Assembly (NCBI GenBank): GCA_031362565.1
Contig: JANLSU010000103.1
Coordinates: 1-64,000 of the forward strand
Reading direction: 5' to 3'
Origin: a bacterium
Lineage (GTDB): Bacteria; Krumholzibacteriota; Krumholzibacteriia; G020349025
Length of the DNA stretch: 64,000 nucleotides
How positions within the stretch are numbered: the first letter of the stretch is position 1; each line of letters starts with the position of its first letter. The position numbers and the translations under genes were made by a program. The notes beneath the pieces were generated by a model. The model ran no database searches and was not told the origin of the DNA. It worked only from the letters and a program-made list of their open reading frames with translations. Positions 10,094 to 19,026 of this stretch are shown piece by piece.

Positions 10094-13000
10094 GCACGAC
10101 CACCGGCCGCACCCACTCCCGGCACCAAGCGCCGCATGCCCCAGCGACGGCGCCCGACGCCAATTCGGTGCTCATGCAGCGGCTGCGCGTTTGGGAAGAC
10201 TTGCTGACCCTGGTCGTCGACCGCGACTCGCACCAGGTCGCCGAGCGTGAGAATCGCCTCCTCCTGCTCGATCAATTGCTGGTGCGCGGCGGCCTCGAGC
10301 CACGCGAATTCTGGACCCTGCCGACGGCGCGGCGTAGCCGCACGTTCCTGGCGCACTATTCGCGCTTGCAGCGTTCGGTGCCGCAACTCGAGATCGCCAG
10401 TTTCGACGTCGACAAAGCGGCAAAGGAGCGCTTCCGGAGTGAACCACTGACGCTCGGCGCATCGTGGCACTACGGGTTTTGGCGCAGCTATTTCTCGCAC
10501 GCGGCGATCACGCACCCGGCCAATGACGGCCTGCGCGAGGAATTTTCGACAGCCTGGGATATCCTGCGCAAGGATCCCGCCGTGTTGCTGCTCGATGCCA
10601 ATGGCCGCCACGTTCTGACCCGGCCGTTCGTCCACCTGGATCTGCCGATTCTCGTCGGGCCCTTTCCACACTCGGACGGCACGACAGTCGAGCGCGCCTA
10701 CTTGGAAGCCGTGCGGCGTGCCGATCCGGCGCGCGATCTCAAGATCGCGACGCGGGTCATCGTCGACAGCGACACGTACCGGACGCATGCAACGTTTTAC
10801 GCCTCGTACCGCCAGAACCTCATCGTCCGCATTCCGCTCGAGGAATTGGCCGCCAATGCCGCGACGCGGCAGCCGGGTGGTTGGGACGTGGTGCGCGAAC
10901 TCGCGGATACGGCGCGCCTCGTCGAGGTCGCAGTGCCCGAGGCCTGCGACGCCGCTCGCCTGCAAGCGGTGCTCGAGCGCTTGAACCGCGAGTACCCGGA
11001 GCTTCTGATTTCGGTCTACTTGCGGTACGGCGAGGAATTCTGGACGTTGCTCTACGCCGCGGCGCGCGCCGAGGGGGTGGCCATGGTGCACGTGCACGCG
11101 GGACCGGAGAAATCCTACCGATTGGTGCCGTGCGTCGACGAATTCCTGAAGCAAGCGCATCTGCGATCGCGGGTGCAATTGGTTTCGGCGGGTGGCGATA
11201 CCGACACACTGCCGTCGGCGGCCGCGGTGTACGAAGCGGTGCTCCTGGGCGCCAACGGCGGCTCGGTGACGCACCTGGCAGAACTGGCGCTGGCGCCGGA
11301 TTTCACGGACGTGGGGCGCGAGGTCCTGGACGCGGCGACGGTCTTCGCCGGGCTGCGCGACCGCGACGCCAAGGAACTCGTGGAACTCGCGGCCTCGTCG
11401 CTCACTTGCTGGCAGCATTCGATTCTGGATTTCCTGTCATGCATGGGCATCGACGACGTGCAGAAGACCTCCGGCAACACCATGGCCATTACCATGACGG
11501 AAGAGTGGATTCGCGACGTCGATGCACTCGCCACGTCGGCCTTCGGCCAAGTGAACAAATCGCTGAATGCGCGGCGCGTCGCCGCCGAGCCGATTCCCGC
11601 CGAGGTGCGCGACCGGTTCCGGGTATCGCGGCTGCTGCAAGAAGTCACGCCCGATGTGCCGCTCGTGGCGGCAGCCAATGTCCTGGCGCACCGCAACGCC
11701 AACTACCACTTGATGAACACCAACCGCAGCCTGACGGCCGATCACTTGAATGTGATTTACCGGATGGCGGCGGGCCGGATGCCCGAGGCGGATGACTTCT
11801 TCCTCGACAGCGATCTGGGTCCTTGGTCCATCGACCGGGTGGGCGTCAAGCTCGAGCGGCGCGACGTGCAGGCGTCGCTCGATGCCTTGCGCCGCGATTC
11901 GCGCGCTCTCGATTACATCAGCTTGGCGGTGCCACGCGGTTTCGACCGGCCTGGTGCCGTGCCGTCGCAGGCGGCGTGCGTGCTCACCGCCGATCGCGCC
12001 GGCAAGACGGTCCTCGTGCGGTTCACCGCCGACGCGACCGGCGCATTCAATGTCGCCGTCCCGAGCGACGGCGGCACGGCAAGTTTGTACCTGCATGTGA
12101 CCGCGCCTGGCGAGACCGCGGCGCGGGTCGTGGAGTTGAAAGCAGCGCCGGCGCCCGAAAGCACCAATGGCATCGACCGGCGCCCGGCGCCGAGCGCGCC
12201 GCCCGGGCTCTCGGTACGCAAGGCGAGCAGCGATCAACGCGTGCTCCTCAAGGCGCAAGCGCCAGGTGGCTTCCGGCTCGAAGGCGACGGCACACGCGAA
12301 CCGGTGTACACGGGCCCCGTGAACCATGCCAGCATCAGCTTGGGTGCGGCGAGTGAAGACTTCCTCTTGGCGCGCGTCGAAGGCAATGCCGGTTTGTCGA
12401 TGACGTCGTCCGGTGAAGGCGGTCCACTGCGTTTGCCCAAGGACGTCATGGCGTGGGAGTCGATGCAGGCTGCGTCGGGGCACTTCGGAATCACCGGCGC
12501 CGACTTGCGGCTCGTGCGCGACGTCGAGATCAAAATCAATCAGGGCGCGAAGCCCGGCAAGGGCGGCCGGTTGTCCGGTCCCAAAGTGACGCCGACGGTG
12601 AGCCGCGCGCGTCATATCCCGGTCGGGGTCGATGCCCTGTCGCCGGATCCCAAGCACGACATCTATTCCATCGAAGACATGCCGGCCGAAGTGTGGCTGT
12701 GGCTGCAGTACGGCGTGCACTGTGGCATCAAAATCACCGGCTCGACCTACACGCGCTTCGTGGCCGCCGGCATGTGGTCCAACTTCGTCGTCGACTATCT
12801 GCTCATCGATTCGGGGATGGGTGGTTCCGGGAACTACCACGCGGATTCGTCGCGGGTCGGCTGGCCGGACATCTTCCGGACGATCTTGCACACCCATCAT
12901 GCGCTCGTGCAGGAACCGCTGTACGACGATGCGACCGGTGAGACGCATCCGATTCGCGATCTGAACGGCGCGGCGTTCGGCGCCGGCGGCGGCACGCGGC

Positions 13001-16000
13001 TTCTGGCCTCGGGCGGCCTGCGAAGCGAAATGGACATGCTGAAGGTGCTCTGCGCCGGCGCCGATGGATTGCTCGAGGCGTCCATCGGCAAAGCGGTGGC
13101 GTTCGGTTGCAACCAGTGCGGCAATTGCCACCTGGATTGCCCGCGCGGCGGCATCACGACCAAGCTCGAACTCATGCTGCAAAACGATCGCGCCACGATG
13201 CGGCAGCGTTTCCGCAACTGGACGGCACTCGACATGGCCAAACTGGCAGTGCTCATCGATGCCATCAACCGCCGTTCGGGAGCGGTCGACGCGGAGGGCA
13301 ATGTCACCAACCGCGCCGAGGTCATCGACGACATCCGCAAACTGCGCGGCCGTACGGATCTCTTGGTGATGCCGCAGCATCCGGCGCCACCGGTCCCGAT
13401 CGTGGTTCCCACTGTCGCGGACGTCGAGCGCGCCCTGGATGTCGATGCAAAGTCAGCGGCGGCGCGGCGCGCTGCCGACGGTGCGACGGGACCGCAGGCG
13501 ACGGCTGCCGGTGCCGAGACGAGTGCGCCGCCCCCCATCGAACACGACTCGTGCCGCGTCGGCAGCTTGCTCGTCTCCGAGCGCGTCGACGTCAGTGCGA
13601 TCTGGGAATCGGCGCGTCTGTCGCACAATGGCGGCAACAACCGCGGCGGCGGCATCGGCTTCGCGGGCTTCGCCCCCGACGCCGTGCGGCAGCGCACCGC
13701 GCTCTTCTTCAACACCATCGGACCCGACCGCGGCGAAACCATGGAGCGCATGCTCGGGCATCTGGATGGACTGCGGTTTTACGACGCGCAAGGCCGCGAG
13801 CTGGGCGCCGATGAAGTGCGCCTCCGCTTGCCGGAATTCCGAGTGCCGGTGCGCGCCGAGTGGGCCGGCGACGACGGTTGGCGCAAAGTGGGCCTGCGCG
13901 AAAACCCGGGTGACATGACGCTCCTCTTCACGGAGCTGCGCGGCGATGCGCTCTGGCGCTACGGACAGCGGTTGGTGGAAAGCCCGCGCTGGGTGCAGCG
14001 TTCGACCAAGTACGGCGACATCGCCACCGCCGAGCTGCAGGGCGCTCTAGAGCGCGCCGTACGCCGCGATGAGCCGTTTGTCGCCGCCGACGAAGATGCG
14101 CGCCTGATGGCTTTCTTGCGCGACGTCAAAGAAGAATACTTCACGACTCTGGCGCATGTCCTCGACACACGCTACTACCGCACCGGCGGCGCGATCCCAA
14201 AGTACGCCGACCGGCGGCGTGGTTTCGTGGTCGCGATGGGCGAGGACATGGGTGCACTCAAGGTGAGTGGCTGGACGCATCTCATCCCGGCCTATTTCGA
14301 TCTCGACAACTTCTGGGCATCGTATCCGGGGGCGCGTGAACAGGGCGGGGTGCGTTTCCTGATTCGCGGCGAGGATACCTGGACGACACGTCTGGTCGCC
14401 TATGCCTGGGGGATGCACCACCGCTATCCGACGAATTCACCCGCCATGGACGCCGAAGGCCGCGGCAACCCGGCCGGTGCACATCCGTTCAAGGCTTACA
14501 ACGTGCTGCTCATGCACAACGGCGAGCAGGTGGGCGTCGATTCGACCGCGCCGATGCTCACCGAACACGCTTGGGTCCACATCGATGATTCGATGGGCGA
14601 GGGTGCCGCTGAGTACGAAGGCGATTCGCTGTACGCGCGGAAGGCGCTCACCGACACCGAGTACGCCGCCTATCTCGTCGACTTCACACGTCGCGTGCTG
14701 GGCTTGGCGACCGACGAAGCGACCCAGGTCATCTCGCCGGTCACCGGCATCGACCTCGAGGCCGTCGAGCCCGAGGAACGCCGCGAACGCTACCGGGTGC
14801 TGGGCCGCAACTTCGTGCACCTGACGCCGACCGGTCCCTACAAGTTCACGATTCTCGAAACCCGCCATACCGCGGCCGGAACCCAAGTCGGGTTCCGCGA
14901 GAACATGGATATCAAGTTCTTGCGCCCGCACGAAATTGCCATCAACTGGGACACGGCGCCGGGCGGCGTCAAGGCGATCGCCAACGGCAGCGAAGCCAAG
15001 ATTGCCGACGCCATGTTGGTGACGCTACGCCAGCAGGCCATGCTGTGTGATGCGGGCAGCGACCTGCGCTTCAACATGCGGCCGGGCGGCCGGCCGGGTA
15101 CGGGGGAAATGGGCGGCGTCTTCGAGGCATTCGTGGGCGTCGAAAGCGGCACCGTGACTCTCAACAATCGGTTCGGTGAGGCGGTGCCGGTGCGCCGCGC
15201 CGGGACCAAGTCGGAAGCGCTGCGCGTTCTCAAGACCGCAGTCAACGGCGCCCGCAAGAAAATTGGCGACGAGGCGCGGGCGCGGTTGCAAGCCGCCGAC
15301 GCGGCAGCGTTCAGCGGCCCGGCGCGCGAGGAATTCGTCGCCTGGACACTCGACAAGGTCCGTGAGTGGAGCTTCGACGAGTACCGCATGGTGGCCGAGT
15401 GGCTCTTGCCGCAAGCCGGCCAAAAGTCGCCGGCGCACTTCGATGCCGCACTCGGCATGCTAACGGAACTCCGCAAACGCCTGCACTTGGCCGACACGGG
15501 CGGCAAGTCGCTCGCGGCACTGCAATACATGACGGACGGCGGCTTCGAGTATGACGGTGAGCCCGAGGGCGGCATCTACCGCTTGCTGCATGCGGTGCCG
15601 CGGCTCTGGGACACCAAGGGTGTGGCGCCGTACGGGCGCATCGACGTAGCGACGCGCGCCGATCTCATGCCGCCTGGGGATCCATCACAAGCGCTGGTCG
15701 TCAACTTCGACGGCTTCGAGAGCGAACAGTTTGGCACCATTGAAGCGGCGCGCTTTGTCTCCGACGCCGTGGCGCGAGGTTGGCGGCGCTTCATCGGTTA
15801 CAACATGCGGGGCGGGCCGCGCTACGTGGGCACGAATACCGCCGACAGTGACGGCCGTCCAGCCGATGGCGTGCGCATCGATCTCTACGGCCGCCAGTTC
15901 GGCGACTTCATGGGTGCGCTCCTGGAAGGCGCCGACATCCGGTGCTACGGCCAAGGCCAAAGTCATGTTGGCATGAAGGCCGACCGCGGTTCGATCTTCG

Positions 16001-16620
16001 TGCTGCAGGACATCCTGAACACCGGGCTGTATGCCGCCCACGGCGGCACGCTCTCGATGTGGGATTCGGGCAGCCGCTTCGCGGTGGCGGGCCAGAACCG
16101 GGTGCATTTGGAAGATGGCACGACGCTCGCGCCGGGCCTGAAATCGATTCACTTTGGTTCGCCCAACGAGTACGCCTTCGAGTACTTGATGTCGGGTGGC
16201 GAGAACTCGCTGCACGTGGTGATGGGGCTCGAAAAACCGGATGCCAAGGGCCAACTGAACGGGCGCTTGCGGCCCTACGCCGGCAAGTTCTTCATGTCGG
16301 GCGCTGCCGCCGGCCGCGTCTATGTCTTCGATCCCACCCGCGCCCTCGAAGCCGGCCAGGTGCACGGCAATGCCGGCGAGCCGGTGACGGTGGAGGAGTG
16401 GGACGCGGAAGTCGGCCCGTTCATCGCCGCCGAAGCCGCCAAACGCAGCCTGCCGATGCAAGTCGTGCCCGGCGGTTTCCGGATCCAATTGGGCGGCGAG
16501 TGGCGCGACTACGCCTGCGGTGATGCCTTCATGCGCTACACGCCCATCCGGGTGCCGAAATCCATCCAACGCCAGGGCGTCGCACCGCCGGCACTCGTCG
16601 GCATGCTGGACGAGCTCTGA
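10090..16620 (+). CDS. Domain-permuted glutamate synthase large-subunit-like protein (2176 aa): degenerate FMN barrel + FMN/Fe-S synthase domain + internal class II glutamine amidotransferase + GXGXG domain
   Basis: GltB FMN motifs SSGEGG, QAASGHFGI, EIKINQGAKPGKGGRLSGPKVT, SPDPKHDIYSIED, ASGGLR, CNQCGNCHLDCP. GATase-II motifs EHDSCRVG, HHRYPTNS, AHPF, MHNGE, TDTE. Beta-helix motifs GDFMGALLEG, AFEYLMSGG, FMSGAAAGRVYV. Start set by the ATGA overlap. Confidence 0.85.
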   Translation: MSTTTGRTHSRHQAPHAPATAPDANSVLMQRLRVWEDLLTLVVDRDSHQVAERENRLLLLDQLLVRGGLEPREFWTLPTARRSRTFLAHYSRLQRSVPQLEIASFDVDKAAKERFRSEPLTLGASWHYGFWRSYFSHAAITHPANDGLREEFSTAWDILRKDPAVLLLDANGRHVLTRPFVHLDLPILVGPFPHSDGTTVERAYLEAVRRADPARDLKIATRVIVDSDTYRTHATFYASYRQNLIVRIPLEELAANAATRQPGGWDVVRELADTARLVEVAVPEACDAARLQAVLERLNREYPELLISVYLRYGEEFWTLLYAAARAEGVAMVHVHAGPEKSYRLVPCVDEFLKQAHLRSRVQLVSAGGDTDTLPSAAAVYEAVLLGANGGSVTHLAELALAPDFTDVGREVLDAATVFAGLRDRDAKELVELAASSLTCWQHSILDFLSCMGIDDVQKTSGNTMAITMTEEWIRDVDALATSAFGQVNKSLNARRVAAEPIPAEVRDRFRVSRLLQEVTPDVPLVAAANVLAHRNANYHLMNTNRSLTADHLNVIYRMAAGRMPEADDFFLDSDLGPWSIDRVGVKLERRDVQASLDALRRDSRALDYISLAVPRGFDRPGAVPSQAACVLTADRAGKTVLVRFTADATGAFNVAVPSDGGTASLYLHVTAPGETAARVVELKAAPAPESTNGIDRRPAPSAPPGLSVRKASSDQRVLLKAQAPGGFRLEGDGTREPVYTGPVNHASISLGAASEDFLLARVEGNAGLSMTSSGEGGPLRLPKDVMAWESMQAASGHFGITGADLRLVRDVEIKINQGAKPGKGGRLSGPKVTPTVSRARHIPVGVDALSPDPKHDIYSIEDMPAEVWLWLQYGVHCGIKITGSTYTRFVAAGMWSNFVVDYLLIDSGMGGSGNYHADSSRVGWPDIFRTILHTHHALVQEPLYDDATGETHPIRDLNGAAFGAGGGTRLLASGGLRSEMDMLKVLCAGADGLLEASIGKAVAFGCNQCGNCHLDCPRGGITTKLELMLQNDRATMRQRFRNWTALDMAKLAVLIDAINRRSGAVDAEGNVTNRAEVIDDIRKLRGRTDLLVMPQHPAPPVPIVVPTVADVERALDVDAKSAAARRAADGATGPQATAAGAETSAPPPIEHDSCRVGSLLVSERVDVSAIWESARLSHNGGNNRGGGIGFAGFAPDAVRQRTALFFNTIGPDRGETMERMLGHLDGLRFYDAQGRELGADEVRLRLPEFRVPVRAEWAGDDGWRKVGLRENPGDMTLLFTELRGDALWRYGQRLVESPRWVQRSTKYGDIATAELQGALERAVRRDEPFVAADEDARLMAFLRDVKEEYFTTLAHVLDTRYYRTGGAIPKYADRRRGFVVAMGEDMGALKVSGWTHLIPAYFDLDNFWASYPGAREQGGVRFLIRGEDTWTTRLVAYAWGMHHRYPTNSPAMDAEGRGNPAGAHPFKAYNVLLMHNGEQVGVDSTAPMLTEHAWVHIDDSMGEGAAEYEGDSLYARKALTDTEYAAYLVDFTRRVLGLATDEATQVISPVTGIDLEAVEPEERRERYRVLGRNFVHLTPTGPYKFTILETRHTAAGTQVGFRENMDIKFLRPHEIAINWDTAPGGVKAIANGSEAKIADAMLVTLRQQAMLCDAGSDLRFNMRPGGRPGTGEMGGVFEAFVGVESGTVTLNNRFGEAVPVRRAGTKSEALRVLKTAVNGARKKIGDEARARLQAADAAAFSGPAREEFVAWTLDKVREWSFDEYRMVAEWLLPQAGQKSPAHFDAALGMLTELRKRLHLADTGGKSLAALQYMTDGGFEYDGEPEGGIYRLLHAVPRLWDTKGVAPYGRIDVATRADLMPPGDPSQALVVNFDGFESEQFGTIEAARFVSDAVARGWRRFIGYNMRGGPRYVGTNTADSDGRPADGVRIDLYGRQFGDFMGALLEGADIRCYGQGQSHVGMKADRGSIFVLQDILNTGLYAAHGGTLSMWDSGSRFAVAGQNRVHLEDGTTLAPGLKSIHFGSPNEYAFEYLMSGGENSLHVVMGLEKPDAKGQLNGRLRPYAGKFFMSGAAAGRVYVFDPTRALEAGQVHGNAGEPVTVEEWDAEVGPFIAAEAAKRSLPMQVVPGGFRIQLGGEWRDYACGDAFMRYTPIRVPKSIQRQGVAPPALVGMLDEL

Positions 16621-16645
16621 GGCGTGAACGAACCTTGGCCTGCGC

Positions 16646-17557
16646 TCAGCGAAACAGATCGCCGCTCAGGTACTTGAGCCCCGAGTCGCAAATGACCGTG
16701 ACGATGCGATGCCCGGGGCCCAACTCGCGGGCGCGTTGCAGCGCTACGAACACGTTGGCGCCCGACGAGATGCCGCCGAAGATGCCTTCGACACGCGCCA
16801 GTTGGCGGGCTGTTGCGTAGGCGTCGGCATCCGTGACCGCGACGATCGCATCCGCCAAATCGAGCCGGCAGATGGACGGCACGAAGCCCGGCCCCATGCC
16901 TTCCAATCGGTGGCCGCCCTCGATCGGCAAACCCGACAGCGCCCGCGAGGCGGCCGGCTCGATGGCGATGCAACGAACGCCCGGCACGCGCTCCTTGTAG
17001 ATCTCGGCGTTGCCCGAAAAACAACCGCCGGTGCCGACTCCCATGATGAATTCGTCGAAACGTTCGTCGAGGTCGCGTATGACCTCCTCGGCCATCGCGT
17101 GGTAACCGGACCGGTTGTCGGGGTTGTTGAACTGATCGGTCCAATAGGTGTTCGGGGCCTTGGCCAGCTCGCCGACGCGGACGATGAGTCTTTGGATCAG
17201 TTCGGCGGTCACGCGGTGGTCGACGCTCGGGAGCACGTCCAGAGTGGCCCCAAAGGCGCGCATCGTCTGCAGCTTCTCTTCGGCAAAGCAATCGGCGGTC
17301 GCGAAATGCGCCCGGTAGCCGCGCGTCGCGCAAACCATGGCGAGCGAACTGCCGGTGCTGCCGCCGGTGTAATCGATGATCGTGGCGCCGGGGCGAATCT
17401 GGCCGCGGCGTTCTGCGCCGTCCACCATGGCGTGCGCCATGCGGTCCTTCATGCTGCCGGTGGGATTGGCCCCCTCCCATTTGACATAGATCTCGGCGCA
17501 TTCCGGCCCGGCGAAGTGCCGGAGGCGCAAGAGCGGTGTGTTTCCGATTCCGGTCAT
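16646..17557 (-). CDS. PLP-dependent cysteine synthase family protein (CysK/CysM-like, divergent)
   Basis: IGNTPLLRL, KWEGANPTGSMKDR (PLP Lys), GVGTGG, EGIFGGISSGAN, DSGLKYLS. AAAGGAG RBS precedes ATG 17557. Confidence 0.88.
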   Translation of the reverse strand: MTGIGNTPLLRLRHFAGPECAEIYVKWEGANPTGSMKDRMAHAMVDGAERRGQIRPGATIIDYTGGSTGSSLAMVCATRGYRAHFATADCFAEEKLQTMRAFGATLDVLPSVDHRVTAELIQRLIVRVGELAKAPNTYWTDQFNNPDNRSGYHAMAEEVIRDLDERFDEFIMGVGTGGCFSGNAEIYKERVPGVRCIAIEPAASRALSGLPIEGGHRLEGMGPGFVPSICRLDLADAIVAVTDADAYATARQLARVEGIFGGISSGANVFVALQRARELGPGHRIVTVICDSGLKYLSGDLFR

Positions 17558-17592
17558 GACACTCCTTTGCGCGCCTCTCGTACGGCGCTCAC

Positions 17593-19002
17593 TTACTTCG
17601 ATTCGGTGCACGCGCCCCAGAACTCGTCGCCGCTGACGATACTCTTGGTGCCGTAGCCGTCGAGCGGCCAAGTCGCGTAGAACGCCGTGACATCAAGTCC
17701 GAGCGTCTTCACCGTGTCGCAAAGCTGCTTCGACCGTCCGGTGAGCGGTTTACCCGGCCGGTAAAAAAGCAGGTCACCGGTGGTCAGCACCTTCTGGCGC
17801 GGAAAATAGAAGATCAAGTACTCGTCGGTATGTCCCGAAGCGACGTTGAACACTTGGACCGTGTTGGTGCTGTCCGCGAAGGTGCGGCGGTCTTTGATGG
17901 TCTCGGTACGGAGCGGCTTCGGATCGCGCGCCAGGGCGTCGGGCCGCAGCTCGAACCGCGCCTGCACCACCGCTTCGATGAGCTGCACGGTCGTCGGCGG
18001 CGCGAGCACCGTCGCGCCTTCGTGCACCCAGGCGCGCGTGCCGCCGATGTATTGGCCGTGCAGGTGGCTGAAGGCGAAATAGCGCACCGGCTTGTGAAAA
18101 TGCGCCTGCACCTTGGCCGCGATGCGCTCGCAAGCGCCCGAATTGTAGGCGCCCTCCAACACCATGAGGTGATCGCTGAACTCGGCGATGAAGACCCGCG
18201 TGTTCATCGACGCGACATCGATCGTGAACAAGTGGGGCGCGGCTTCGTGCAGTTCGATCTCGGCGGTTGCGACGACGCGCTGGCGGTCGGCATCCTTGTC
18301 ACCGGCCGGAACGTCCATCTGGACGTTGCGTGTCACCGGGCCAAAGTCGAACCGCGCCACTTCACGCCCGCGCAGTGTGACCACCGCCCGGCCGGGTATG
18401 GCACTCGCATCACCGGCCGGCCAGGCTTCGAAGCGCACTTTTTCGATGCCGTCTCCCAAGACGTCGTTGTACACCGCGCGCTGCAGCGAGCGGATGCGGC
18501 CGTGCTGCGTGTCGAGATCCACGGTCCAGAGTTCGTCGTTCCATGCGAAGAGTGCTGCTTGGCCGGCGGTGTGGGGGCGCAGGTTTTGGCGGTGCTCGCG
18601 GATGGCGTTGGCGATGATCGATGGGTGAAGCGCCGCCACTGTCGCCGCCGCCAGATCGCCGAAGGGCGACGGACGCTTCTCGACGCCCTTGTCATCCACC
18701 TGAAAGAGGCGGCCGCGCCGGACGTTGTAACGGTCGATGTCCTTGGTGCCGGCGGTCTCCCCCTCGGATTCCAGTTCGACGACCGACTCGCCGACATCGG
18801 GATTCACCAGGATGCGAATCGTGATGTCATACCGGTGAAAATCACCTGGATGCATCGGATGGCCTGCATCGGTGACGAAGCCGGTGCCCGAGATCTGGTA
18901 CGGGGCCGTTTCGATATCCGCGACCCGGTCGAAAAGATCGGCGGCCGCCGCGGCGTGCGTCGAAATCACTCCCGCGACAACTGCCAAGCCGAGCCAACGC
19001 AT
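17593..19002 (-). CDS. Secreted protein with C-terminal metallo-beta-lactamase-fold domain (degenerate metal motif)
   Basis: Signal peptide MRWLGLAVVAGVISTHAAAA. KPVRYFAFSHLHGQYIGG sits at the HxHxDH position; GHTDEYLIFYFP and TGDL follow. Confidence 0.72.
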   Translation of the reverse strand: MRWLGLAVVAGVISTHAAAAADLFDRVADIETAPYQISGTGFVTDAGHPMHPGDFHRYDITIRILVNPDVGESVVELESEGETAGTKDIDRYNVRRGRLFQVDDKGVEKRPSPFGDLAAATVAALHPSIIANAIREHRQNLRPHTAGQAALFAWNDELWTVDLDTQHGRIRSLQRAVYNDVLGDGIEKVRFEAWPAGDASAIPGRAVVTLRGREVARFDFGPVTRNVQMDVPAGDKDADRQRVVATAEIELHEAAPHLFTIDVASMNTRVFIAEFSDHLMVLEGAYNSGACERIAAKVQAHFHKPVRYFAFSHLHGQYIGGTRAWVHEGATVLAPPTTVQLIEAVVQARFELRPDALARDPKPLRTETIKDRRTFADSTNTVQVFNVASGHTDEYLIFYFPRQKVLTTGDLLFYRPGKPLTGRSKQLCDTVKTLGLDVTAFYATWPLDGYGTKSIVSGDEFWGACTESK

Positions 19003-19026
19003 TCGAGTCTCCAAGGAGAGTGTGCC

